This document shows positions 1 through 14,434 of a stretch of 64,000 nt of DNA, in pieces. The DNA is from Marsupella aquatica. Its lineage: Eukaryota; Plantae; Marchantiophyta. The translations under genes were made by a program, and so were the position numbers. The notes under the pieces are model-generated. The model searched no databases, had not been told where the DNA came from, and was given only the letters and a program-made list of their open reading frames with translations. Location: contig OZ316892.1 in assembly GCA_973895155.1 (NCBI GenBank), positions 17,660,357-17,724,356 of the forward strand, read 5' to 3'. Within the stretch, counting starts at the first letter, position 1. The number at the start of each line of letters is the position of its first letter.

Positions 1-299
1 AGGAACCAATCGCTTTACAACTACTCCTGAAAGACATTCGCCGCTAATGGATGGTAACTATAGAAACTATTTTCATTCTTGTTTACCAGCATTTCCATTA
101 TACACTAAAAATAAATATTCAGAGCTTCTCCATGGATAACTGACAGAGCTCCTTGTAACAAAATCAATCCACCCCCTTGTTTCTTTGCATAGTTAGGGTG
201 GTTTAATTCATAGCATAGTTAGAGTTAGTGAAAGGCATCCAAGGAATGTGTTTTTCCTCCGAACCCTTAGATTGATATCACTGAAATGAATTTCTATGT

Positions 300-850
300 T
301 CTAAACATTATTTTCACTTTCTAACTGTTTGGTTTAGGGCCTCTCTCCCTAACAAGAGTTTCCTAGTGTGGGTACAACCCCTGCTATTCTCTCAGTTTGT
401 GCTGTTGAATGAGAGTTTTTACATTTTCCTTGGAAATAAGTCTAAGCTCTCTTATAGAAGCAAAAAAATTAACACTAACTCCATTCTTGAACACATCACT
501 TCCAGTTTGGAAACTTGGGAAACAGAAACCTTCTAGAAACCCATTGGTTTTTTACCCTCAAATTGATAAGTGTACTTCGCAATGATGTGTCAAACCTTGG
601 TTCTTGAGGGGGCCCAGAAAGCAAGCCACCCAAGACACAAAAGATCAACTTCCAAGCTATGTACGATTCAAGATTAGAGATTACAGCTAGTGTGAGCAGG
701 GGCAAGTTTGGCATGAATGCTTGACTGATTACCATCGTGGTGATAATGCTACATAAGTCATATCGACTAAAACAATGCTACTCTATGGTCTGAGGCATAA
801 AGCCCCATTGCGAATTGAAACTGGAGGCCTTCTGTCCATTTGTGGATAAA
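300..850 (+). mobile_element. Very degenerate LINE (L1-like) RT remnant
   Basis: Across frames: LPNKS, LNESFY, PFLNTSL, KPIGFL, PQIDK, EAFCPFVD, in the order of LINE RT subdomains 0-3. Confidence 0.35.
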
Positions 851-2689
851 GGTGGCGGGAAAGGTGGAAGGTTTGGTGGATCAATTTTAATCTCCTTTTG
901 GCGTCACTCATTCCAATAATTGGCAGTATACAAACTCTCAATCACATGTTAGTTGAAGACTTAGACAACCTGTTCTCCAAAACCATGACTTGATTTTTTT
1001 CCAGTAGAGTCACCAACAAACTCATGTCATAAATCATTAACTTTCCAACTGACTACTACCACTACCTGACCTGGTTTCCTCATTGCTCCACCTATTTGGC
1101 TGTTTACCCCCGAAATAATTTCAAGGGTTTTCCATCCAAGCCATTATCCTATTCTCACAACCAAGTATCACAGTAGCATAAAATTGCAGGAAAGAAAATT
1201 TAACTAAGTGTTGAATTTAGGTTAACAAACTCCAAAATATAAAAATGAACAAGGATTGATGACGGGGGCTCTTTACAATGGAATGGATGAATGGGACCTC
1301 GTGAACATTGAGCAACATGTGCCAGCAATCCCCACTGTTGGGTTTTGGAAATCTGGAATTAGCAAAATAGCAGGAAAGGGATGATGAAGGGTCCATTATT
1401 GAAGCAGTAATTTCAGTTTAAATGTACTGTGGGAACCTGTGGAGGTGCAGAATCATGAAGACTTTAGTTCAAACAAAATTGATGAAGTAGTTCAACTAGG
1501 CTCTAAACATTGAAGTTGTGTTGAAAAAATGACAAACTTAAAAAAATTAATTAAACGGAAAATTTGTGAAACCCATGGAAAGGGAACAGTAGTCATTAAC
1601 ATTTGACCCACTAGACCTATGAGCTCAAGTCTCAACTCAAGTGAGCTATCACACAACCATGCCTCTCTGGGCAACAAATACCAAAAAACCACTCATTGAA
1701 ACACCATAGTAATGTGAGAGAACAAGATGAAGCAGCCATCACTTACAGGTTCACGTAAAACCAGGCCTATAACGTTTTTGTGAACCCTTGTGCAAAACTT
1801 TGGTTCTACTAACTGGGGTGTTCTGGATCAGAGGATTCTGGTAAAAACAAGCATAATGTAAAAGAAGAGCTCCAAAAGGAGTGGGCCATAAAGAATGTTC
1901 TGCCCTGATTGTCGTCTTAGTAAGTCCACAACTGCACTTAAATATATCAATAACATTCATAGAAAGAGCAAAGTGGGTGCCCACAATTATCCGTCTCTCT
2001 TGGCTTTTGGGGAGGAAGGATGTCTCTAAAGTCATAGTCGTTATTCACCTAGCATAACACCCTTGACCCTACCACCCTACTGTTATTGGGGTCCAAATAC
2101 TAATACGTCATTGTCGTGTTTTCATATTTTATTTTCAAAACACTGTACACATTGAAAAGTCAGTGTGTTAACTAGGATGCTTAGAATATCCTGAAATTTT
2201 ACAGGCAAAACTTCTGGTCAATGTTTCACAAGGACCTCTCCAAATTTTGTTCCAAGCTCAAAATTAATAATTATCTATTTATTGCGTGAAGAGGATGGCA
2301 CGAGGGGCACCCTTTTTCAGAGCCCACCTGCATGCACCAAAGGTTGTAAACGCTTTCTTAGGGTTGGAGAAGCACAGTAGTTTTAGACCTTTTATGATTT
2401 TCCTTAGAAACCCCAAGAAGCGTAAGCTAGCTACAGTTGGTGGCACTTAGCTGGCCGGGAATATCCCACATGCCAAGGAAAAGAAACTTAATGCCCACAA
2501 ACAACACAAGATAGTTCAGTAATCATCTGACGGAGGTGTATCCACCACCCTGGGATACAATGTAGACGTGGGATCTGGATCACCTTGGGGCATTGCATGC
2601 CCTGTTTGAACTGATGGACAAGTTGAGAGTTTAGGGTATAAGGTTTAGGGTCATTTGTCAGCTCCAAAAGAGGTCATTTGTCGCATATT

Positions 2690-2960
2690 AGCCAATATTC
2701 ACCGCCCGGCCCTGGACTTTCCTGACCCTCTCCCAGCCTGGTCCCGGACTCCCCCGGTTTAGTGAGCTGCCTCCCCGGTTCAGGGATGGGGCCCGGCGGG
2801 ATCAGGGCCGGTTCAGGTCGCGGTCGGGGCTGGGTCCGGGGGCAGGGCTGGTCAGGGTCGGGATGGGGTGTGGGCGGGTCGGGCCAGGCCGGGGTCAGGA
2901 TCGGGGTCGGGGCCAGGACTACCGGGTGTGTCATTTGTTGGGGTCCAGACCCCTTATTTG
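2690..2960 (+). repeat. GC-rich dispersed repeat with dense G-runs
   Basis: GGGTC/GGGGC runs; 5' end resembles the reverse complement of 24905-24945. Confidence 0.7.
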
Positions 2961-4442
2961 TCGGACAAGTCCAAACCGGGATTGCATGTGCTGTCAAGGG
3001 GAGAAATGATTAAAGTAGTCTTAAATTGGTTTAACATTGTTTAAATTATAACCAACCCATCATAGATCTCACTGACATTTTTTGTTTGAGCTATAGATCA
3101 CACCCTAAGATGGACATACAAAATTGCTAGATACATGCAACAAATCTGGACCAATTCAGATCCAGCCCATTCTAGCCTGTCAGATTTCAAGGAATCAACC
3201 CTGCCAAAATATTAATTTCATTTCTAACTGAAAATTGCTACACGGACCTGTAGCTTGGAGAGCCCTCATTTGTATCACACCAATGTTTAACAAAAAAAAA
3301 CTTTGTCCAAAATATCCTTCCGATGCCAAAGCCAAGGGCAACCGCAAGTATACTATAATAATACTCCCCTTCCACAAGATATCAAGGCACATCTACCCTA
3401 TAATCTACTACTGGAGTCAGCCTTTCAGGTACTACCCTAGAGTAACGGCATAGGCTGTAATTTCTGGGATAATATGTTTTATGTATTTTGACTATGCTTG
3501 TGAGTGGGATGGACTTCGGGAATGTAGGTGTTGGGAGCCTTTCCAGTGCACACAGAGGGGATATTCAGGCTAGTGTTGTTGATTGTGAGCACTTGAATAT
3601 TCTTTTGCAAGTTGGTTGCAGGGCTACACACTACTAAAGATAGGTTCTGGGCCATTGACTAGTGGTGGTGGGGATTTACAAATGTGATTTGTCTCCTCAG
3701 TAACTTTTGCCATTAAGTGCATGTGTGCCATGAGGAAAACAATCCTTGTCATTTCACATCACGGCTCTTAAACCAAAATGCACAGGTTGCTAATGCCAAT
3801 ATAATTGGGAACAAAAACCTCTATATGCTAAACTGCTGGAATCTTTTATTCACACCTGGACGGATGGCAGTGAAACCTTCTCATATAGTACATAGTACAC
3901 CGGTTACTGAAATGTGACAAGAAGAGCAGACACAGTTGGAAATTCATAGGTTTCTTAATTCTCAATGAAGTTTGACTTAATTTGGGCTCATTGGAAAGAT
4001 AATTCCAAGCCTTTCCTGTGGACCCTAAAAAATTCAGATTCCATTGGATGTAGCCAAGAGATACTGAATATCAAAGTTAGCTCCTCGAAAACTTTCAGAA
4101 ACCCAAATTGTGTACAATGGTTGAGAGAATCTTGTTTAAAGAATCTTCCCTTCAATCTCAATTCTTCATGAAAATAAGAGATATTAGATTGGTTGGCAAA
4201 TCTTCTACAACCCCAAGAAGAGCAGATTCTATTGGACTGGAGAAGTTTTAAATGTCAAACTTTGTTGTTGAAGGTGTAAGTGCCCATGCAGGTTGCATGA
4301 TTCATTCTAAGCAGGAAATACAATATCCAGGGGAATTAATGCTAATTTGCATTAATTGCCTTATAAGTGCTGCCCACTGTCCAGATCTGCAAGAATTTGT
4401 TTTTTGGTTAAATACCTGGGGGGAGGGTGTGTTGCCATGAAC

Positions 4443-4515
4443 CAGCCACAGGCTGAGTGGCAGCTGCACTATGTGGGCCCGAGAGGTCCTGGGTTTGAAT
4501 CCTGCCTTGGCCCAT
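4443..4515 (+). mobile_element. tRNA-derived SINE head or tRNA pseudogene
   Basis: A-box-like aggctgagtgg (about 4450) and B-box-like ggtttgaatcc (about 4492) at Pol III spacing; no complete cloverleaf. Confidence 0.45.
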
Positions 4516-7500
4516 TATCCGGGTTCACTCATGCTCTTTAAAACTTAAAAACAATGAAAAGGGCCAGGGCAGCAGGCGCGGGCAACTATGTACTCAAGGG
4601 TCTTAACGAGCCTCAAGATTGACTCTCGTGCTAAATTGATTCATGGGCTTGGTCCAAAGGAGCATCATTTTCCATGTTTCTCATTGCCAAAGTAAGCATT
4701 TTGGTTTAAGTGCCTGGCAATTCAGGTTGCCTGCTTCATAAAGTCTTTAGTTTAGACCTCTTCTTATTCTAGGCCACCATCCATCATGATTGAGTAGTTT
4801 CATTTTATGATTCCAATCATATAATCTGAATAGTTTTATCAAAGGAATTAGCAAGACACTTGCAACAGTTTTCATGTTCAAAGTTCTATTTAAGGATTTT
4901 GGTTGACATCTAGATAGAAATATCAATGACTGACTCTAAGATCCTAGACATTTGGTTTGAAGTGAATGACGTTTGATTCAAAGTGAGTCTCCCTACTAAA
5001 ATAATAAGGGGTGGGTTTACAAGACACTGGAGGCCTAGTCTTTTTGTTTAAATGGTGGACCTAGTCACCTAGCGACCTCACCAAATTCAACAACCTTGCC
5101 CAAGCACTCTGAGTATCTAGGCACCAACACATAACTCCATGAGCTAGCGCTCTGGTGTCCCTAACCCCGCCAGCATCAACTCTCATACCCAACCGGTAGA
5201 TAACTCGCCTTGATTCAGGATCCCAAGACCATTCTGCGGGGGTCACAATATGGAGGGCCATACATCACGTGCAATGTTTTAGGGTTTGACCCCCTAACTT
5301 ATAAGTGAATTTTTATTTTTGCAAAACACTTTATTTCTTTAGATTTTGCCATTTTTTACTAAAAAACCCCTAAAAACTTTAAAGAAAGATTTTTTCAATT
5401 AAATAGGCCTATGTGTTCTTTAAAGCTGATCAGTCAATAAAACATACCCTATGTGTTCTTCCACAAAACTTTGGAAGTCTTCCGCAATATCCATTTAAAT
5501 AGGCCTATACTTCATCGCACTTGATGTGCCCCTTGCGTGGAAGTGACCCCCCGGGACCATTTTCTTGCCGCAAGTTCAACAGTTGTTAGTAAGTACGTAA
5601 GTGGGTAGAGTGTCCCAGGCCTGCGTAGCCTTGCCATAAGCTGGAGCTAAGATCAATTTATTGTCCGTCCAGGACAACCCCTCTATAATTGGGTGCTGCC
5701 AGAGCTTCCCCATTATCTATCCGCCTGTGCTTCAAGACCACCCTACCTCCAGGACATGCCCATGGCCCAAATAGCTATCTTGTCCCACAGGTTGTGCCAA
5801 GCGTAAACACAAGCTCGGTCCCAATTTTTGCAACCGTCTCTACAGGTCAAACTCAATTAGGATCTCAAGGCATGGTGCCTTTGGACCATGCCTAACAATG
5901 ATGCCTCCCCGTGGGAGCCAAATGCAGATTGGCTGCTGATTTGACAAGATAGGCAAGCGGGTGACATAGCCCATGAATACTGTGAGGACCAAAGGTACCC
6001 CAAGACCCATCTCAGATCAAGAGGAGGTGGTCATCCTTGAGAGCTTTCAAACGCACCCAAGAAATCCCCAATAGACTTCCTACGGAGGAGATATTGTTGT
6101 TTTGGTTTGGTGTCTCTCCTTGGTAGCACAAGTACCGCACTCCGTGTTTGGGGCTCTCCCTTGGCCCACTGGACACACGATTCCCCTCATATATGCTTCT
6201 CCTCTATTTTTGGCCGCCCACCAAGACTCCAAGCAGGTCATTCACCTGGAGACAAACCTAACTTGCTAGGCCCATGACTTTCTAGTTAGGTGTCAATAGG
6301 AAAATTGCCTTAGTTACCCCTTGTAGTTGGGCCAATGCAGTCTTGAATGCGGTGCTTGTGTGTAGGCCCTCATGAAACCCGACCGGGGGCCCAGACGGCT
6401 CCACCCAAGCACTGCCAATTCTAATTTGTGAAGCATTCATTTGGTATGATCTAAAATTTGCTAAACTTAGGCCTAAGAGGAGCTCTAACTTAAGCAGGCA
6501 CTCAAGCCCTTAGGACTCAAAGTCCATCCTAGAGTCTAGATGTTCTGCCCTGAGCCCAGCCCATCTCATGGCCTGATCAAGTCTTACTGTCAATCCGAGT
6601 CCCTTGTATGCAACTCTAGCCCAACGCATTGCCTTTAATTGGTATCTGAGTAACACGTCTTTGCTCTCAGTCTCATCATACTTGGTCCCTTCCGGATGGC
6701 CATCCTCGCGCCGGGACCTTATAGGAGCTTTTCGCCAGAGTAAGCGATGTTGGAGCTAAGTGGGAGAGTAGTCAAATTCCACGACTGTTTACAAGACTGA
6801 ACGCCCATTCTTTGATTTTAATAGAAATGGTGACAAAACCATCATGCATGATCATCATTTTCATATACATAATATAGTGTGGTTCTTTTGATGCCCATAA
6901 ATTTGGTTGACTTTAGAGACCTAGACCCCAACTCTACCATCTCATCACTATCTTAGTAAGATTCTAGTATCTGAGACTAAATCCAGACCATACAATGAGT
7001 GAAGCATGCATTGTAGGGTAACTGACTAGAGGGCACAATACTCAAAGATCTAGCAAGGGACTGTACAACAAAGGACTTGGATCAAGGACCGGCTTGAACC
7101 CTTTCTCCCTGTTGGCTGAAGCTCTAAATCATGCAACCTGGAACCAGTCCACTTTGAACTCTCCACTGGCTTTTACACTCTAGACTGACTAGTAAATTTC
7201 TATACGGATTTTTAATAAATCTTTAATGCTTATTTAGTAGGGTCCAAAATCAAAATTGGAAATGTTTTTCCCTCAAAATTATGGGTTCTCTCAAATTTCT
7301 AAGATATGAGTCTAAATTTCCATTTGTACTTCTACCTAGAGTAATCTGCAATAAGTTATTTTCCAAGACAAATTCTTATCCACCTGTTCATCATCAAATT
7401 GTTCTTACGTATATTTGTTAAAATATTGTTTGATCGATGAAGGACAAAAATAAACATTTGAAGTGACCAATCATTTGCCAAATTGTAGACTTTTTGCAAC

Positions 7501-8069
7501 CATAATAGACTGCAGCCAAACCCTTTGGCTGTCATAGTGCTTGTTTGAGTGGATGTGGCTAGAAAACAAGACTGGACATCATCTTTAGAAATTTTGTCGT
7601 TTCTCGCTTCTCAACAGGATTTGGCCATGCTAGGGTACTACAAAGATATTTCCAAGCTGTTTCAAATGAAAGGAAAATAGTCAGATTGTACTAGGTATGT
7701 AGAGAGATAATGAATGTCAAAGTCAGGTGCTGAATAACTTTGGGTAGCACAAAGTGCATGATGGAGTATTAGAAATTTGGAACTCTCCAAATTCTCCATG
7801 AACACATTAAAATGTTCACTCCATTCTAGACGGTTTGGACCTCTCAATGGTTCCAACCAACTTTATTTTGGTGGCAAAATTTTGCTAAATTCCATCTCTG
7901 TTGAAACTGTTAGTGAGATTTGAGCTTCCTTTCTTCTCACTAACATGCCCGCTAACATGATGATGATTGACAAAAAGAGAATTTAGTGTTCATCTCTTTA
8001 TGGGTCCAGTTAGAGACTTCTGTAAATCTGAAAATTCTGTCAAAATTCCACATCACCCTGTAAATATCC

Positions 8070-8315
8070 AGCCATTAGATGGTTTGAATCCAACCATCTA
8101 CATCCATTTTGTGTGTGACGACTCGTGTGAAGGCTCGTGTGGCCTCTCAACTGAAAATGAATTTTCCTACCATTAGATGTTATGAATCCAACCATCTAGA
8201 TTCATGTTGTGTGTGAATACTCGTGTGGTCTCTTAGCTCAAAAGGAACTTTTACACCATTAGATGTTTTGAATCCAATGATCTATGTTGCTTTTGGGTGT
8301 GAAACCTCGTGTGAA
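8070..8315. repeat. About 90-bp tandem repeat x3 with palindromic core
   Basis: ccattagatg..ttgaatccaaccatcta...ctcgtgtg repeated; tagatggtt/aaccatcta inverted pair. Confidence 0.85.
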
Positions 8316-8789
8316 GAGTAATGTCGCTTCTCGACACAAACAACTCTATTAAACTAAACCTATCCATGCTTGGATGTTGACATAACTAGATTATGCCCTT
8401 TATGGTGCCTAAGGAATAAGAAGAACTTGGGCAGTAGGTAGGCTTTGAAAAAAATCAATATTTGAAAAATCTCCAGCTTGGGTATTAGGTATATTTTAAA
8501 AGGCAATTTAATTACAATAAAATAAAATAAGCTTGGTAAGCAACATATAAAGCATTTTCTCAACCTCTTGAAGCCATACAAGTAAAATGGGAAAAAATAT
8601 TATAAATATAAGTAGGGGTGAAAGATCATAAGGAAGATGGGGTGAATAAGCGAGGGTTTGATCATGAGAAACTTACATTGAAGTTTAATGCAAGGATTAT
8701 TACAACGTTAACATGTGGAAGGGTCCAGTTATGAAAATATTGTTTTGAAGTGGTATTGAATGTTAGATTTTTGGAATGTAAACTCTAGA

Positions 8790-9480
8790 GTATTATAACC
8801 TTGTTTTTAAGTTACAACTTGTCAAACAATACTCAAACCCTTGAATATATGTGTACCAACTGATTTAACTTATGACCTTATTGATTTTGAAGTTACAATT
8901 TATGGGATCAAACATCATAAAGACCCTTATAGATGTGTGTACCAAAATGCCTTGACTTATAACCTTCCTAGATAACCTAATTTTGATTTTGAAATTACAA
9001 CTAGGGTCAACCAATACACTAACCCTTGTAGATGTGTGTACCATAATGTCTTAACTTGTAGTTACCTTATATTGATTTTATAAGTTACAACTGGGGTCAA
9101 AGAGTACACCGACCCTTGCAGATGTGTGTACCAAAATGTCTTAACTTGTAACTTTATATTGATTTTGAAGTTACAAATGGGATCAAACAATACACTGGTC
9201 AACCCTTGCGGATGTGTGTATCAGAATGCCTTAACTTGTAACCTTATATTGATTTTATAAGTTATAATTGGGGTCAAATAGTACACCGACCCTTGCAGAT
9301 GTGTGTACCAGGATGCCTTAACTTGTAACTTTATATTGATTTTGAAGTTACAACTGGGGTCAAACAATACACCGACCCTTGTGAATGTGTACCAGAATGC
9401 CTTAACTTGTAACCTTATATTGATTTTGAAGTTACAATTAGGGTCAAACATTACACCGACCTCTGTATATGTGTGTACTA
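8790..9480. repeat. Minisatellite, 84-90-bp unit, about 8 copies, two hairpins per unit
   Basis: Unit acttgtaactttatattgattttgaagttacaactggggtcaaacaatacaccgacccttgcagatgtgtgtaccagaatgcctta; starts at 9234, 9321, 9405 etc. Confidence 0.95.
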
Positions 9481-9707
9481 TAGTTTATTGCATTAACTTG
9501 AATAATATGATATGGACCTTATAATTATAGTACCTGATTGATAATAAACTTAAGTGAATAATTTTAGGTACAAAGAGCTAACTTCTCCATTTTTGGAATC
9601 CAACAATGGGCAAATTTCACTTTCTTAATCTATAATACCCTAAGATAACCATAACAATATGAAACAAGATTACAAAAGACTCATTTACCTACCAAGAGCA
9701 TTGCTTT

Positions 9708-9812
9708 CCACAAATAAATTGCAAATTACAATTACTTATAGTCCACAAATAAATTGCAAATTACAATTACTTATAGTCCACAAATAAATTGCAAATTACA
9801 ATTACTTATAGT
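9708..9812. repeat. Perfect 35-bp tandem repeat x3
   Basis: ccacaaataaattgcaaattacaattacttatagt at 9708, 9743, 9778. Confidence 0.97.
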
Positions 9813-12694
9813 TTTGTTAAGATTGCATAAATCTATTGTGTTGATTCAAATAAAAGGTAAGTGTTGTGGCAAATAATTAATATACTAATATTTGCACATC
9901 CATATATGATAATGCTACAATTTTTTAGCTAATCTGATAATTTATTTGAAAATAAACACTATTATGATAAATATTACATATGTGAAAATTAGATTTTAAA
10001 GTATAGATAGATTTCATGCTTGATTTAGCTTTATGAATGAACAACTTTAGCAATCACATTTATTCAACGAGGAATAAAGAGAGAAACAAACCTCTATTCA
10101 AGCTTAGATGATAGCTTGGGGTTGTTTCTTAGTGATGCCATAATTTGTCTACAAACTCACACAAAATTGCTCATGTCAATTGAATGGACAAAATATCAAG
10201 TCACTTCACAAATAACAAATAAACACAAATTCTAGTCATAAAAACATGCACTGATATAAACATTTACCTTGATGGGAGTCACCATGAGAAATCTTAAACA
10301 AAATCTTGTATGCCACTTGAGTGTAGCTCCCCCTATGCCTTATTCAAACATATTCCTTGAATACACACCAAAAAAGTCATAAGCATATTAATGTCAAAAC
10401 TCACTTGCACATTCAAGACTAATCAACTATTCTCAAAACATTAAATTATTCTATTATTATAAAATCTCTACAAAAATAAGGCTATGATTTTCTATTGATT
10501 AGTAAAACATACATTTAAAAAACAGAAATGAAATTAGTATGTTTCTTCTCTTATGAAGGTACCTGTTTATAAAGTTACTCTCTTCCCAACATGATCATTA
10601 TGATTCTACAATTATGGGTTTTTTTTTTCCATTTACCATTAAAATTGATGAGAATTTTGTTTTTGTCATTATTAGATAAATCATGATGAATAAATTACAC
10701 TTTCCAAACAATAAAGTATACTCTTGTCTCCCCAAAAACAATTAAAAAACCAATGCTATAAATAGTTTTTGAGTTTATGAATTTGTTTGTTAGTGATGCC
10801 AACTTTTATTATGCAAACTTCAAATACTTTTAAAAATATCTCATAATTTTATAGACAAGTCCAATGCATAATTATATATTGCACAAAAACATTGCAAGAC
10901 AATGAAGTGCAGGTAATTGCCTCGCTCCTTGTCTCCAAGATAGTATGTTGCTCACCCTTGTGATGAATAATTTGTCACTCGAACAAGCCAGGTGATTGCT
11001 ACAATGAGGAGTTGCATTGTGAATTACATAAGAGGTGAAAAGAACATGAGAGAGGTGGAAACAAACAAAGGATGACAATATTATGTAGCACGCTAAAAGC
11101 TCCTTCCAAATTCTTGGCATTGTATTTGGGCATCATAGAGTTTTGGCAGACTTGATAACCAGGAAAGACCAGGAAAGAGAGTTAGTAGAGGAGTTAGTAA
11201 AACAAACAAATACAATATTACCACTATGTTAAAAAATTGAGCTGGACCCACATACTAGTTTAACTTAACTTTGCCAGAGTTTCTGTTGTCCATTAGCCAG
11301 AATCTAATACTCATCCTAAAATTTAAGGAGGTTTGAGGGTGACAAGTCCATTAGCCACTTTCCCACCTTAGCCACCTATTCTAGTGGCCAGATTCTAACA
11401 ATCATCCTTAGATCTAGGGTATCTGACGGTCAGAAATTGGTGTAGGAAAGTGAGAAAAGGAAAATTTGCAAATGAGAAGACTCCCAAAGGTCATAGGTTT
11501 TACTTCATAAATCCCCTGTATAATGTTTTTTTGCTCAACGGATTATAATTCACTTCCCAACCTGGCTTACCCGTAATGAGATTTTTGGTCTAGCTAGCCT
11601 GTCTCCAGTACTAATTTCAAGCACAACTTTCCTGTCAAAATTACATTGGTCTTTGAATCCATGACCACTCAAGGGACCATGGTCATAAATGTAACACACT
11701 AGGGTTCATTAGGGAGTGTCAAAACAGGACTGTAACTCAATTACAATGTTACAATGGAGGACATAAACTGTTTTTATGACCAAGACAACATCATTAGGAG
11801 AAACCAAAATATTTATTCCATAAGCAATTTATGTCCAAACATACACAATCGTTAAGATTCTGCTAGGAGAACTTGACACGCCCTATTGTCCCTAAGATTG
11901 CATCCCATACCGGGCTTGCAGTCCAATTAACCCCGGGATTAAACGAAAATCATTTGTGGACGGTACTAGTATATTTTACGAAACATTTATATTTTGAATC
12001 ATTTTGAGTGATTCAGACGATTGATAGAACGAAATCAAATACCCAAATCTCATGGGTTAGTTGACTAGAGACTTTGGGTTGAGGGTCCATTGAGTAAATG
12101 TCTCAGAATATTTGGATATTTGGGCCAGGGCGAAACGGCAATGAAGTCCGTGGATGAAGGGGTCCAATCGAGACACTTGCATAATAAAGAAACCTGAGCG
12201 AATATGTTGACCAATGATGTCTAGTCGTTGCATTTTTAATGGAGAGTGGAGTAACACGGTACCACGTTAAAAATGCAAGTGAGGGGAGCATTAACTCCCC
12301 GCCGACGAAATTAGATTTGCAACGAAATTAGCGTCAACGATCACCCACCACAAAATTATGTCTCCTCATAAGTTAAGTTAGCTTTTCGCCCTTAGACCCT
12401 GACATTATGGACAGTAAGAGATTGTGTCCCTACAGGTTCCGGCCAGTAAGCCCGGTCGGCCCTCTATTGGAAAACCGGTTGCCCGGATTTCTCCCGAAAG
12501 AAGAATCTGCTGTCGCACATTGCCCTTCTGTTCTGCTTGTCAGCCCGTTGCATGCCCGAGGGTTTCATTCCCGTCCACGCGCCGTTGTTTTTCCCCCTCT
12601 CCCGGGCAGGACGTGATTGCACAACTGCCTACTTCACTTGCAGTGAGCAGAAACATGGTTTTTTCAGTCGCGGAATTTCTCAAAAATTATCTGT

Positions 12695-13400
12695 TAGTAT
12701 AGAATATTAAGGACTTGCCCAACTGCCCAGACAGTGAACAGAATCAACGTTTCTTTTAGTGGCGATAATTCGTAAACTATCTGATACTGTAAAATATTAA
12801 GGACTCGCCCAACTGCACAGACAGTGAACAGAATCAACGTTTCTTTTAGTGGCGATAATTCGTAAACTATCTGATACTGTAAAATATTAAGGACTCGCCC
12901 AACTGCCCCAGCAATGAGCACATTAGCAGGATCAGCGTTTTTCCCGTGGCCACCAATAGTCATATTACGAAACCATCATTAATATTTTACGATAAAAAAT
13001 GAAGCGCAGATAGATTTGCCCAACTGCCCAGTGACTATAGCAGTGAGCAGAATCAGACTTTTTATGAGGCCGACAATTCGTCAAACTCCGAAACTAACTG
13101 TAACAATAGAATAGTAAGGAGTTGCCCAACTGCCAATTGCCAAGGAGTGAGAGCATAATCAGCGTTATTTTTAGTGGCGTCAAACTTTGAAACCAACTTT
13201 AAGTACAGAATATTAGTGACTTGCCTAACTGCCCAATTGCCCAAGAACTGAGCAGAATAGCGATTTTAAGTGACTCTCAAACCATCTTTTACTGTAGAAT
13301 ATTGAGCCCAAATGGACTTGCCCAACCGCCCCTTGACCAAGCCGTGAGCAGAATCAGCAATTGTTTGTAGCGGCGACAATTAGTCAGATACTGAAACCAT
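12695..13400. repeat. About 90-110-bp degenerate tandem array, about 7 copies
   Basis: aatattaaggactcgcccaactgccca...gagcagaatca core repeated; the first two units are nearly identical. Confidence 0.9.
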
Positions 13401-13793
13401 GTTTTAGTATTATTCACAAAATTGAGCAAAATTATTGAGTTAGTACTCTCTAAATGACTCTGATTACAATATTGCCCAGTTGCAAAATCGCTGGACAACC
13501 ATAAATCACTCAATTGGAAATGCACGGGTAAGATTAATCTATGATGGCAGCTTACTAACTATAGGAATTTTTTGGTTTAACTTAGTACGGTTGCTAAGTT
13601 TTGGGGAGAACTTGGTAAAAAGCAGAATATGAAAAGTGTTCGCCACAATTTGCTCACCTTTTTTTCTTGATTTGTCAGTTTCACAGATATCCAACACCCC
13701 AGTAGACAAAAATCATCTGCTTATCCTTAAAGCGTTGGGAGAGCTAACGATGATATATCTTCACTTTCACACAAAGTGAAATCAGCCTCACTA

Positions 13794-13984
13794 CAAGAAA
13801 AGACTTAACGTGACCCCTCTGGTATCTCCTGTGTACTTGACCAGACCCTTGTGAGTAAGATGCCATCAAGACCTGGGCAAGATGACAGTCACAGGTCCTG
13901 TTAAGTCTTCTCTTGATTTCACTAGCATCTTGTTAGACTGTTAAGTCCAAGAAATGCCATAGGGGTCCTATTAAGTCTTTTTTG
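13794..13984. mobile_element. MITE family A, copy 1
   Basis: Homologous to the 18696 and 47430 copies; more diverged. Confidence 0.8.
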
Positions 13985-14434
13985 GTCTCATTAGCTAAGA
14001 ATTAAAAACTAGAAACTTAGCCTGAGAAAATCTACATCAATTAAAAAATACAAATTCTTAACATTGTGTAGTCAGAAAAATAATTTACTCTCAGAAAATA
14101 TACCTAAATGAAATTGTAAATATTGTTAGCATCTTCTGTTTTACACCAGGTGGGTATACCTTTGCAAGAGAGTAAAAATTTGCTTGATGGACCCTCACAT
14201 CAGAGTTTGCTTTGCAACCAACCCCTGATATTTTGAGTATATTAATTTAAGGTCTATCAACAGTCTGTAGTTTCAATGGGTCCATCAAGGAACACGTTTC
14301 ATTATGGGGAATCCATCAAGTAAATCTTTCCAAGGAAAATAGCTAAAGATAATCACACATAAAAATATAATAATATATGATATAATTTATTGATTTAAAA
14401 AACATAACTAGATTTATCTTAGTATTTTCATACA

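Noticed and set aside
2631-2650. TTTAGGG telomere-like units (also about 57827 and 63813)
   Set aside because: One or two units only; not an array.
2674-3013. Pro-rich and Gly-rich ORFs (also 24637-25025)
   Set aside because: By-products of GC-rich low-complexity repeats.
5520-6800. Possible LINE ORF1 remnant on the minus strand (LEILIEFDL)
   Set aside because: Coding-like but too decayed to assign by eye.
8790-9480. CRISPR-like array of palindromic repeats
   Set aside because: The whole unit repeats, with no unique spacers; eukaryotic context and no cas genes.
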